Shown here in pieces: positions 9,088-18,348 of a stretch of DNA of 46,478 nt (positions are counted from its first letter, which is position 1; each line of letters opens with the position of its first letter). Source of the DNA: a virus; UHGV virus genome UHGV-1365323. One strand, written 5' to 3'. The notes beneath the pieces are model-generated. The model was not told the DNA's origin and ran no database searches. It saw only the letters and a program-made list of their open reading frames with translations. A program made the position numbers and the translations under genes.

Positions 9088-9095
9088 CTAGTGAG

Positions 9096-10142
9096 GTGAT
9101 GCAAATGGGTATTCTTAATATTAAACCAGCAGAGCGTTCAGGTTCTCGCATAGTGATTGGCATTTCAGGTCAGTCTGGTAGCGGCAAGACGCTTACGGCA
9201 CTAAAGATGGCGCGAGGTATGGTCGATAAACCAGAAGAAATTGGATTTCTTGACTCTGAAAATGGTCGTGGCAGGCTTTATTCTGGAGAGCTTGACGGTC
9301 CATTTATGCACGCTGATTTGTATGCGCCATTTAGTCCAGCTCGTTACCGCCAGGCTATCGAGGAATTTCAGGAGGCAGGCGTTAAGGTTCTGGTTATTGA
9401 TTCAGGATCGCACGAATGGGAAGGTGAAGGAGGATGCAATGATATTGCAGAGCAACCACTATTGCAGGGTAAGGCAATGGCAGACTGGAAGCGAGCCAAG
9501 TCTGAACATAAAAAATTCATGAGCGCTCTTTTGCAGAGCAATATGCATATCATCGTGTGTTTGCGAGCCAGAGAGAAAACGAGTTTTAAAAACCCCAAGA
9601 AACCTGAATCCCTCGGATTGCATGCTGTATGCGAAAAAGATTTTATGTTTGAAATGACAGTAAGCATGATGATGTATGATAATGGAAAAATTCAGGAATT
9701 TACCAAGCTACCAGAAGAGTTGCGTCCAATCTTCTTTGATTCAGGCCGTGATAGTGTACACGAAGGATACTTAGGCGAGGCTCATGGGAGAGGTTTAATT
9801 AAATGGGTGGATTCAGGTGTCAAGGTCGACGAAGAGTTTGAGCACTGGCGCTCTAAACTTCAAATGACGGCGTCGAAAGGCGTTGCTGCGTTAACTGCCG
9901 AGGCAGTTAACTTGCCTGATTCAGTGAAAGCAAAAATTCGTGCAATCTGGCCTACATTGAAGGCATCAGCAGAAGAGTATGAGCGCATTGAATCATTCAT
10001 CAATGATGAATCGCCAGCATCGGTAACTATCACACCGCAGGACGATTTTAATCCGGCAAAACTCCAGAAAGCAGATGCGCCAGCTTCATCTGCAAACGAA
10101 GAGAAGCCATCAACATCTCAACAGAACATCGAAAACTTTTAA
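9096..10142 (+). CDS. RecA-like/Sak4-like recombination ATPase, 348 aa.
   Basis: Walker A (GISGQSGSGKT) and Walker B-like (LVIDSGSHEW). It sits between the exonuclease and SSB. Confidence 0.55.
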   Translation: MMQMGILNIKPAERSGSRIVIGISGQSGSGKTLTALKMARGMVDKPEEIGFLDSENGRGRLYSGELDGPFMHADLYAPFSPARYRQAIEEFQEAGVKVLVIDSGSHEWEGEGGCNDIAEQPLLQGKAMADWKRAKSEHKKFMSALLQSNMHIIVCLRAREKTSFKNPKKPESLGLHAVCEKDFMFEMTVSMMMYDNGKIQEFTKLPEELRPIFFDSGRDSVHEGYLGEAHGRGLIKWVDSGVKVDEEFEHWRSKLQMTASKGVAALTAEAVNLPDSVKAKIRAIWPTLKASAEEYERIESFINDESPASVTITPQDDFNPAKLQKADAPASSANEEKPSTSQQNIENF

Positions 10143-10151
10143 GGGTAAATT

Positions 10152-10655
10152 ATGGCATCTCACGGAATCAACAAGGTAATTATTCTTGGCACTCTAGGCC
10201 AAGACCCGGAAGTTAAATATATGCCATCTGGCGGCGCTGTGTGCAATCTGTCTCTGGCAACATCAGAGCAGTGGAGCGATAAAGCAACAGGGGAAAAGAA
10301 AGAGCAGACAGAATGGCATCGCGTGGTTATCTTCGGAAAGCTGGCAGAGGTGGCTGGCGAATACCTGCGCAAAGGCTCTCAGGTATACATAGAGGGTAAA
10401 TTACGCACTCGAAAATGGACAGATCAAAGCGGTGTTGAAAAATACACTACTGAAATCGTCTTGCAGCCGATGAACGGCGTTATGCAAATGATTGGTGGTA
10501 AATCAAGTGATAATGGAAACCAACAATCACAGCAGCGACAACAATCAGGAAGCAATCAGCAATCAGGATGGGGTAAACCTCAGCAACCATCAAACACATC
10601 AAAACCACCGGTAAACGATCCGCCGATGGATTTTGGTGATGATATTCCGTTTTGA
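10152..10655 (+). CDS. ssb: Single-stranded DNA-binding protein.
   Basis: N-terminal [37 protein letters not shown]-fold signature, a Gln/Gly-rich linker and a C-terminal acidic tail ending DDIPF. Confidence 0.93.
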   Translation: MASHGINKVIILGTLGQDPEVKYMPSGGAVCNLSLATSEQWSDKATGEKKEQTEWHRVVIFGKLAEVAGEYLRKGSQVYIEGKLRTRKWTDQSGVEKYTTEIVLQPMNGVMQMIGGKSSDNGNQQSQQRQQSGSNQQSGWGKPQQPSNTSKPPVNDPPMDFGDDIPF

Positions 10656-10709
10656 TGTGGATTGTGATATCATTTAAGTTAATAAAATTAATCGCGGGAG
10701 TATATGTAA

Positions 10710-10853
10710 AATGCGGAATTTCAAGAAAGGTGATGAAATGCCTAAAGATCTTGTCGAAGTTAGCGAAGGCTTTATAGCTAAGTTTGGATGTGATGTAGCT
10801 GTTATTGGCGCTGTCATCACATGCAAAACAGATGGGAGTGTTATACAGGTTTA
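10710..10853 (+). CDS. Small ORF, 47 aa.
   Basis: GGGAG Shine-Dalgarno 9 nt upstream. It falls below the track threshold. Confidence 0.25.
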
Positions 10854-11028
10854 ATCAAAGAGCGGAAATTATTCTTTTCCTGATGATTGGGCTATAAAGA
10901 TCAAGGAGCATCAAATTATCGGTTGCGATAGCGGAATAAACTCAGGTATACATTGGACCTGCAAACCATGTAAGATGTAGCGGATTAGGATTTAAGGGTT
11001 GTATAGGTGGTATGTCGGAGGATATGCG

Positions 11029-11169
11029 ATGTTTAAAGGTGTTACTTACTGGCATTTTATGGCGCTTCTATCAATTATAGTGCCTTTTTTACCAGCGAAT
11101 TACCAAATGCTACAGCATGATTCGTATGTGATACTAACCGCCATATTCCTTACTAAAATATTAAAATAA
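11029..11169 (+). CDS. Small hydrophobic ORF, 46 aa.
   Basis: Strong GGAGG Shine-Dalgarno; hydrophobic core (LLSIIVPFLP); ends at the terminator. Confidence 0.3.
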   Translation: MFKGVTYWHFMALLSIIVPFLPANYQMLQHDSYVILTAIFLTKILK

Positions 11170-11190
11170 AGGGCCTTGCGGCCCTTTAAT
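11168..11190. terminator. Bidirectional intrinsic terminator (AAAGGGCC-TTGC-GGCCCTTTA) between the replication module and the tail module.
   Basis: Perfect 8-bp GC-rich stem flanked by A/T runs on both sides. Confidence 0.6.
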
Positions 11191-11192
11191 AC

Positions 11193-11372
11193 TACTCACT
11201 TTTTAAAGTTAAAGGCTTATTTATACCTTTTAGTGCCAGATGTGAGTTGAGTAGCGCTAAAGCGTCATCAAAACACTCTGGCATATCACCTTCCCCCGAA
11301 ACTAAATATTCTTCCGGCTCGTCCGACACCACTGAATACGTGCCATCGGTATTATTTTTAATATAGAACATA
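11193..11372 (-). CDS. Small acidic ORF, 59 aa, downstream of the tailspike gene.
   Basis: GGGG Shine-Dalgarno; ends just before the terminator. One residue under the track threshold. Confidence 0.3.
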
Positions 11373-11381
11373 CTTCGCCCC

Positions 11382-13850
11382 TTACAGATACCCGAATGAA
11401 GGATGGTTATCGGAGAACATCCACACAGGAAGTTTCACATAGATAGTTCCGACAAAACCTGTAAATAAGAAACCGAGATATGAATACTGCCCACCGGTCA
11501 ATTGTACCGCCAGAGGCTGAGTACCCATAAAATCGTTAGCAGTGATTGATATCGTGGAGTTAGCCAGAGAGGTTAGGATATTTTGCGCCGAACTCTGGTT
11601 GACGCCATACAATTTTTCAGTGTCGGTAACTGCGCCTGTAGACAGGTTAGCTGATCGCGTAACGCTGGAGATCGCCCTCGCGACGGCAGACACGTTAACG
11701 GCGCCGGTTGCAGCTGCCGCTTTTATGGAGCAAAAGCCGTGCGCATGCTGTGTATTACGTGCGGGGTATTGCGCAAGGCTATGCAATAACTGCACCGTTT
11801 CACTAGCAGACGTTAACGTTATTTTAACCGGGATCAAGCCATCACTATCAGCGTCCCCCGCGCCACCGTATACGCACGTAGCGGACCCGGTCTTAATACA
11901 CCAAAAATCCGTCAAACCTCGGGTTGTTGGGACGTTAGCGTTTTCTGTTCCTGAGAGTAACAACACGTTATTAATTTTGTAACCATACTTACCGTCATAA
12001 GAAGGTAAGAATCTGTACGTCTGACCACTGTTAGGGTACTTAATACGAATTCTTGCCAGGTTAGCAGGGTTATATGATTTCCACGCCGAATACGCGCCGT
12101 TAACATACGGAGCACGGCAGAAAATATCAACATTATCCATATCGAGAACGGTTCGAATTGTTGTCCCAAATACGATATCTCGAACACCACCATAAACATC
12201 ACCGACACCAGTATTAGGATACCATTGAACCGCGTCAGTCATTTTTAGATTATTCTCGCCAGCAGTGGTTGTGCGGGTCGGACAATTAAGCAGCTTACCG
12301 GCATTACCTTCCACGTGACCACCAGAAATAATAGTTTTCCCTAAGTTCTTCGGGCCGCAGAATACAACGTCACCACCGTTATAATCGATGTTACAATCTT
12401 TGAGAGTGATAAAGTCCCCTCGATCATCTCTGGATAGAGCATGGCTAAAGTTATCAGCGATGAGGCATGAATCTACCAGCATTCTTTCCCCGGAGTTAGC
12501 CCATTGAGCTGTCGACCCCGAGATAGCAGTCCTGGTGGCGATACCAATATTGTTGAACGTAAAATGGCAACCGCGAATCCACGGGATATAGGTATCTACC
12601 GAGCCGAATCGAAGCCCCTCGGCGAAGCCAGATACACGCAAATCAAATACCCGCGCGCCGCTACAGTGGGCATAAGACCCGCTGGGATAGGTGACGTTAC
12701 CTACCCGCAGACCGGGATAGGTGGTAAAGTTCAGATTGCTAAGCGTATTACCACCTTTCAGCAACGCCCCGTTAGCGTAAATACCGCCCTCATTGTGGCC
12801 TGCGTTAGCACCCGCGCCTGAACCCCAGCCGGGGCCGTTATTCAGGAACATCATGTTTTGCGTCAGCCCGGTAAACTCGTTTGACACGACTAACGCTGTT
12901 TCCGAGTTAAAGGCGGAGTAATCCAGAATAGCACCCTGTGGCAAATGTAATGCCAGGAAAGTGGGTATTTTTACTGCTGCCGTCATTGTAAAAGTGGTGA
13001 CGCCATCCGCCCGCGGGTTTGCAGGGACAACTAATTTAGATCCAATACCGCCGGCAACAAAACCGCGGCTAATTACTTTAGAAACTTTATGGCTGATTAT
13101 GAGGTTAAGACATTGCGCCAGGTTATTTAAAGAATCAGAATATCCTGCTAAAAATACGTTGGTTCCGTTACTAATATCTGCGTCCCACACTTCACCGCCG
13201 GGAGTCACGAAACGGCTGTAGCCATCATCAATTGCGTCAGATGGGGCTGGGTTGTGGGTCATGATCGCATTCAATAACGGTCCACCGGTTACAGCACGTG
13301 CAAGAATAACACTTCCACCGGAAATGGGAGGTTCTAACAGACGTAATGCCGCAACGGTGCTTACTTTCCCGATATAAGATAAGCCAGCAGGAGATGATAA
13401 GTCCTGTCTTAAATTTGCATCACCAACGCTTACCAGATGAGTAACATCAGTGGTCCACGACGCGCTATTAATTCCAGTGGTTGTATATGGTGGATTAGTG
13501 CCAGCATTTAAACGCCAGAACTCATTCTGATAACGAATTACTTGATTAATACCTGTTATTGTATATGGCCCGTCCTCATAGTCTCCTAAAAACTGATAAC
13601 CAGAGTTTAAGAGAAATTGCTGAAATCTGTCTTCCTTATCTTCCTGTGACACCTCGAATTCAGACTCCCTTTGAGTCTGTGCGTCCTGAAACTGCTTATT
13701 CCTGCCGGTATTCGTCAGCCTCTGTACGCCGAATCTGTCGGTGTAGTAATCAGCAATTCCGTTGACCTCTTCATCAATCTTCCCTGCGTTAAACTTCAGG
13801 TCGCGCGGGTCTTCAGAAGGGATTGGCTTGTTAGTTGGGGTGGTAGCCAT
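11382..13850 (-). CDS. Tailspike or tail fibre with a conserved N-terminal anchor and a right-handed beta-helix (pectate-lyase-like) domain.
   Basis: N-terminal MATTPTNKPIPSEDPRDLKFNAGKIDEEVNG anchor motif; Gly/Asn-rich repeats typical of a beta-helix. The start is moved to the ATG after a GGAG Shine-Dalgarno; the track start was TTG. Confidence 0.7.
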   Translation of the reverse strand: MATTPTNKPIPSEDPRDLKFNAGKIDEEVNGIADYYTDRFGVQRLTNTGRNKQFQDAQTQRESEFEVSQEDKEDRFQQFLLNSGYQFLGDYEDGPYTITGINQVIRYQNEFWRLNAGTNPPYTTTGINSASWTTDVTHLVSVGDANLRQDLSSPAGLSYIGKVSTVAALRLLEPPISGGSVILARAVTGGPLLNAIMTHNPAPSDAIDDGYSRFVTPGGEVWDADISNGTNVFLAGYSDSLNNLAQCLNLIISHKVSKVISRGFVAGGIGSKLVVPANPRADGVTTFTMTAAVKIPTFLALHLPQGAILDYSAFNSETALVVSNEFTGLTQNMMFLNNGPGWGSGAGANAGHNEGGIYANGALLKGGNTLSNLNFTTYPGLRVGNVTYPSGSYAHCSGARVFDLRVSGFAEGLRFGSVDTYIPWIRGCHFTFNNIGIATRTAISGSTAQWANSGERMLVDSCLIADNFSHALSRDDRGDFITLKDCNIDYNGGDVVFCGPKNLGKTIISGGHVEGNAGKLLNCPTRTTTAGENNLKMTDAVQWYPNTGVGDVYGGVRDIVFGTTIRTVLDMDNVDIFCRAPYVNGAYSAWKSYNPANLARIRIKYPNSGQTYRFLPSYDGKYGYKINNVLLLSGTENANVPTTRGLTDFWCIKTGSATCVYGGAGDADSDGLIPVKITLTSASETVQLLHSLAQYPARNTQHAHGFCSIKAAAATGAVNVSAVARAISSVTRSANLSTGAVTDTEKLYGVNQSSAQNILTSLANSTISITANDFMGTQPLAVQLTGGQYSYLGFLFTGFVGTIYVKLPVWMFSDNHPSFGYL

Positions 13851-13888
13851 CGGCTGCAATCTCCGTAATCATTAATTGCCCTATTGTA

Positions 13889-16369
13889 TCACGCAACAGG
13901 GTTGGTGTAGGCGTACATGGCGTCATTGTACTCAGTTACTGTGAGCGACACTGTGCCATCTGTGCCTGGAGTTTTCTGGCTGACTGTCCATAAAGTTGAG
14001 TCAAGCTCAACCTCTGTTGAGATGGCATATCTTGATTCTGACTGAACATTAACACCATCAAAAATGTTTAACTCGAAGTCAGATGGTAATGCGCACTCGA
14101 ATGTATTCAGTCCAGTAACTGTACAAGCCAAACGCTCTGACACATTACCATTGGCGCCGGTGATAACCACAAACAGGCCGCTTCCCGCCGTGAGCTGCTC
14201 ACTGGTGGTGAATGTGTTTCCAGACCTTGAGCGGATAACGCCTGTTTGCTGTACAGAATCATAAATATCGACAACAGAAATCATATCGCCAACGTTCACC
14301 CACTCGCCATCAGCAAGCGCTTTTATCTCCATCCCTCGGCGTGAGTACATCAGGCGATTGCACTCAAGCATAGCCCGGTCTGTTGCCTGATACAGATTTC
14401 GAACATATAGCATGTCGAATTTTTTCGGCTTAGTTGGCTCTCCTGGTTCGATACCAGATGTTCCAACTTTATAATAAACGTAATCCTGTTTGTTGGTGTT
14501 TGGGTCTCGGTACTGAACGCTTACGCCATCATATGACCCCGGCAAAGTCATGTCATAAGACATTTTGTAGCCATCGGCCTGCGTGTTTCTGGTATTGAAC
14601 ACAGTTTCAGGTGTTGATTTTTGCTCATCTCTTGAAAACGATAAAACGCCATCATCCCAAAAAACCGTCACGCGAGCTGCATCACAGATGGTCTGAATTC
14701 GCTCACCGATTGATTTATCCTCATCGTCAAATGTGTAATCAAAATACCCAAGACGCTCATCAGGCAGCGCATCAGCTATTTCATAGAGCCTTCCCACGTC
14801 AATGGTGCTTTCAGGCTGACCGGCAGTAATAATCCAGTTATGCAGCACTGAATCTGCAAAACTTCTTGATGGCGTTAACGTATAGTCTACTGTCCCGGTT
14901 GTTCTGTTGTATCCAATAGTCCATCGGGTGATGAGCGCATTATATTTGCGCTCAGTAACTGATGTGGGCTGAAGCGTGGCCTTCACCGTGACTTTAACAA
15001 GGGTGTCATCAGGATAAACCACATTCTCGCGGATGTTGATGGCGTGCGCCGCCTGCAACGTTACGCGGTTGCCAGAGTTTGAATTGTTTGTCCTTTCAAT
15101 GCTAATAGCATACTTAGCCAGCCCATAAGCAGGGGTTAACTTATACGTGCGATAATAGGTTTTTGTTGTCTGATTAAATGGGTTGTCAATACTGTCTGCG
15201 AGCTGCTCCTCGGTTCCAGGAATGGCATCCCCATTGTCATCAACCGCCCATACCTTGATCAGATAATCTGCCGTGCCACTGGTTGGCCCAAGCTCAGACT
15301 GAACGTGAACCCATACCTGCGTCGATTCCACGGCTCCAACATATGGGCCAACAACGAGCGCCTCATTATCCACAATCTGGAAATAAGTGTTATTGATGGT
15401 TGCGCCTGTCAGGTTGCCAAGATTTGCGCCTGTCAGGTTATTGAAGGTGAAATTATAGAAATACTGAATATCAGGAATGACGCCAGTTTCAGTTTCCTCA
15501 GCCGAAATGATGTTGCCACTAAGCTGAATGTTTTCAGTGACTGGCCCGGATGTCGAGTTGTAGGTAATATTTATTGTTAATGATACAGAGTGAGGTAAAG
15601 ACAACCCCATAAAGTAATCGAAATCAGTATTTTTTGGTATGACCATTAACAACTGTCCGCCAGCATAATCACCACTTGTAACAGATGTTGTGGTCGCTGT
15701 CTCTATCGGGGTATCTTCTGATTCGTTCAGTCCTGGAACCTCCTGACCATCAAGCCCGTCGAACTGGTAAGGCTCTATGATTTGCCCGATCACATCGCCT
15801 GGATTATAGATGACATGAGTGGCGCCTGGCAGAGAACCAAGATTAGTTTCCGCATAGCGAACCGATGAAATGGTGTATTTCCCAAGGCCGAAGTTCATGA
15901 ACTCAGTGACGTACTTCAGATCGTCAATGTATTCAAAAAGCGATTCCTGAATCAGGTCAGGGAATGCCCTTATCTGTCCGAAGTTGTCAGGTCTTGCATC
16001 TCCGTTACGCGCAATATTGGTTTGCGATTTCAGGCTATTATTGGGTGATTCAACCGTCGAGCCAGTGCTGGTCGATGGTGTTGATGCTTTTGGCAGCAGA
16101 AAAGAAAGAACCTTAGTTACAGGCTTGAGTATCGTGCTGATAAGGTCGCCAATGGCGCCGCGAGGCTGACAGTAAATGTTAACAATATCGTTTTTCTTTA
16201 ACGATATCGACAATTCATCATCAGGGCCAAAAATGCAGCCATTCAGTGCAATCCTGATATCAGATGGAAGGCCGGAATTCTCCAGCCATCTCCACAGATT
16301 AGTGCCAGCAGGAACATTACCCGTCTCTTTTGGAACTCCTGGCATCTTCTGAATGTGAATAACCGGCAT
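13889..16369 (-). CDS. Central tail tip / host-specificity protein (lambda J-like), 826 aa.
   Basis: Size and position downstream of the K/L-like genes; fibronectin/Ig-like repetitive composition. Confidence 0.65.
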   Translation of the reverse strand: MPVIHIQKMPGVPKETGNVPAGTNLWRWLENSGLPSDIRIALNGCIFGPDDELSISLKKNDIVNIYCQPRGAIGDLISTILKPVTKVLSFLLPKASTPSTSTGSTVESPNNSLKSQTNIARNGDARPDNFGQIRAFPDLIQESLFEYIDDLKYVTEFMNFGLGKYTISSVRYAETNLGSLPGATHVIYNPGDVIGQIIEPYQFDGLDGQEVPGLNESEDTPIETATTTSVTSGDYAGGQLLMVIPKNTDFDYFMGLSLPHSVSLTINITYNSTSGPVTENIQLSGNIISAEETETGVIPDIQYFYNFTFNNLTGANLGNLTGATINNTYFQIVDNEALVVGPYVGAVESTQVWVHVQSELGPTSGTADYLIKVWAVDDNGDAIPGTEEQLADSIDNPFNQTTKTYYRTYKLTPAYGLAKYAISIERTNNSNSGNRVTLQAAHAINIRENVVYPDDTLVKVTVKATLQPTSVTERKYNALITRWTIGYNRTTGTVDYTLTPSRSFADSVLHNWIITAGQPESTIDVGRLYEIADALPDERLGYFDYTFDDEDKSIGERIQTICDAARVTVFWDDGVLSFSRDEQKSTPETVFNTRNTQADGYKMSYDMTLPGSYDGVSVQYRDPNTNKQDYVYYKVGTSGIEPGEPTKPKKFDMLYVRNLYQATDRAMLECNRLMYSRRGMEIKALADGEWVNVGDMISVVDIYDSVQQTGVIRSRSGNTFTTSEQLTAGSGLFVVITGANGNVSERLACTVTGLNTFECALPSDFELNIFDGVNVQSESRYAISTEVELDSTLWTVSQKTPGTDGTVSLTVTEYNDAMYAYTNPVA

Positions 16370-16796
16370 AAGTCAGGAACCTTAATTTTGTTGATAATTT
16401 TTCGAGTGTTTTAAGGCGGTCTGTCTTGACTGCCGTTTTCTCTCGCGCATGCAGTATTTTATCACGACCCCACCACAGCGCGACATGTACCGGATGACTC
16501 CCGCGATAGGCAACCACCACATCGCCAATTTTTGGCCGATCTGTGTCTTTCCAGAATGAAACTTCCCCATTGAAGCAAGTGACAAAATCTCCACCATTCG
16601 AATATGAATCATCGTGATGAACATTGACATTCATACAAAGACGATAGAACAGCACTACCAGACCCCAGCAGTCCACTGCATCAACGTGACAGCATCTGTC
16701 AACGTATGGCTTTCCAGCCATCATCCTTTCAAAATCGTCAAACGGTACGCAGTCCTGGGAATTCTGTGATGTCATAAAGTTTTGCCACGTTGCCAT
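16317..16796 (-). CDS. Tail assembly protein (lambda K-like) with an NlpC/P60 Cys-His peptidase core.
   Basis: DCWGLV (catalytic Cys) and a downstream His ([10 protein letters not shown]); position. Confidence 0.55.
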   Translation of the reverse strand: MATWQNFMTSQNSQDCVPFDDFERMMAGKPYVDRCCHVDAVDCWGLVVLFYRLCMNVNVHHDDSYSNGGDFVTCFNGEVSFWKDTDRPKIGDVVVAYRGSHPVHVALWWGRDKILHAREKTAVKTDRLKTLEKLSTKLRFLTYAGYSHSEDARSSKRDG

Positions 16797-17208
16797 TAAT
16801 TGGGTTTTTTATGGAGATGGAGACAGTTACATCAGACTGATCAAGTGTCACATCGTTCACATAAAGCGTATATGGTTTTAATGGTGTGTCTTTGTCGGTT
16901 TCGTCAAAACGCTGGTATAACGCAGTGATGGGCTCAATACGTCCAGAGCCTGACCATAACTTTAAATATTGTTTGAAGTCGTTAGCCAGTCGCGCAAACT
17001 TCAGCGTGGCATTGATTACCGGCGTGTTCGATTGCTGGCTTCTGGTTACATCCATGCGCACTGGCTGGTAAGTCTGACCGCCAAGCACAATATCAGAAAA
17101 CTCATTACCGACTAGCCGGACATAACCAAATGAAGAATGATAAAAGGTTATGGTGTCATACAGCTTCCAGTTTGGCCTTTTTGACTGGTATTCACGCAAT
17201 GTTGGCAT
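16738..17208 (-). CDS. Minor tail protein (L-like).
   Basis: Position between the M-like and K-like genes. Confidence 0.45.
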   Translation of the reverse strand: MPTLREYQSKRPNWKLYDTITFYHSSFGYVRLVGNEFSDIVLGGQTYQPVRMDVTRSQQSNTPVINATLKFARLANDFKQYLKLWSGSGRIEPITALYQRFDETDKDTPLKPYTLYVNDVTLDQSDVTVSISIKNPINGNVAKLYDITEFPGLRTV

Positions 17209-17312
17209 TATGGATACTCCTGAAGAAATCTTGAAATACTGATGTATATATCATACACTACTCATGTCGCATAGGCGTGGAACCCGAAACGGCAAGCAAG
17301 CAACAATAAATT

Positions 17313-17376
17313 TAACGCCCTTGCCAGTATGGTTTTGTTGCAACCATGTTCCACCTGGCAGGGGCGTTACTTTTTT
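17313..17376 (+). promoter_or_regulatory. Two-tier hairpin: a 15-bp outer stem (TAACGCCCTTGCCAG / CTGGCAGGGGCGTTA) and an inner 6-bp stem (ATGGTT/AACCAT), followed by T6. It sits 10 nt upstream of the HNH start codon.
   Basis: Read directly; 14 of 15 outer stem pairs are complementary, and a T-run follows. Confidence 0.5.
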
Positions 17377-17386
17377 GGAGATAGCC

Positions 17387-17878
17387 ATGATTACGCAAAA
17401 AGAGCTTAGGTCGTTACTATCATACAACGCAGATAGCGGTGTTTTTAGATGGCTTGTTAATAAATCATTTTCCGTGAAAAAGGGTGATGTTGCCGGAAGG
17501 AAAAATAAAAGCAGCTACATCACAATAATGATTGATGGAGTCAGATATCAAGCAAGCCATTTGGCGTGGCTGTATGTAAATGGCGAGATGCCATCGAGGG
17601 CAATAGATCACATCAATGGCATTAGGAGTGATAATAGAATCATCAATCTAAGGGAGGCTACGCTATCTCAAAACGCAATGAATAGAATTAAGACTGTGAA
17701 TAACACGTCTGGGTACAAAGGTGTTAGCTTTCACAAGCAAAGCGGTAAGTGGCAGGCAAGCATAAAGATAAATGGGAAGCAGAAATATTTGGGCTTGTTT
17801 TTGTCTCCAAAGCAAGCCCACGATGCATATGTAAACGCCGCAAAAGTTATTTTTGGCGAATTTAGCAGGTTTTGTTAA
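17387..17878 (+). CDS. HNH homing endonuclease with an AP2 domain, inserted antisense within the tail operon.
   Basis: IDHINGIRSDNRIINLR plus NTSGYKGVSFHKQSGKWQA. Start moved to the internal ATG behind a GGAG Shine-Dalgarno, because the annotated N-terminus overlaps the hairpin. Confidence 0.8.
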   Translation: MITQKELRSLLSYNADSGVFRWLVNKSFSVKKGDVAGRKNKSSYITIMIDGVRYQASHLAWLYVNGEMPSRAIDHINGIRSDNRIINLREATLSQNAMNRIKTVNNTSGYKGVSFHKQSGKWQASIKINGKQKYLGLFLSPKQAHDAYVNAAKVIFGEFSRFC

Positions 17879-18348
17879 TCGCTATGCTCTGGTAGCTCTC
17901 TGTTTACAGTTTCATCAAGGAAGCTATACCATCTCTCATCAAGCTCAACAAGCACATCATCAAACTCATCCATGGAGTTATTGAGGGTTCTACAGATGAC
18001 ATTTCCAGTCCATGTGACGATGCCGCCATTGATGCTTGTCTGCACGGGGTAATCAGTAAAGTGCAAAGTCTGATTCTGTAATCCGCTGCCACCAAGATCG
18101 ATATCCATCGTGAACCATTCATTGCACTTGTTGAGATAATTTGGGCTTCTCAACCACTGGATAAAAGCCCGCTCCTGCCTGAGCGTGAAGACCCACGTAA
18201 GGCTCCATGACGCACAGATATCAGTTGTTAACTTCTGGAATATTGGCGCCCCTACCGCAGGCTGATCGCTGCGGAATGGGGTTTGAGTCGTCATGTTCTT
18301 GCTGGCACGCTGCGCAAGCGGTAGCCATGATGGGTAAGCTATAGCCAT
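17875..18348 (-). CDS. Minor tail protein (M-like), immediately downstream of the tape measure gene.
   Basis: Position and size. Confidence 0.45.
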   Translation of the reverse strand: MAIAYPSWLPLAQRASKNMTTQTPFRSDQPAVGAPIFQKLTTDICASWSLTWVFTLRQERAFIQWLRSPNYLNKCNEWFTMDIDLGGSGLQNQTLHFTDYPVQTSINGGIVTWTGNVICRTLNNSMDEFDDVLVELDERWYSFLDETVNRELPEHSD

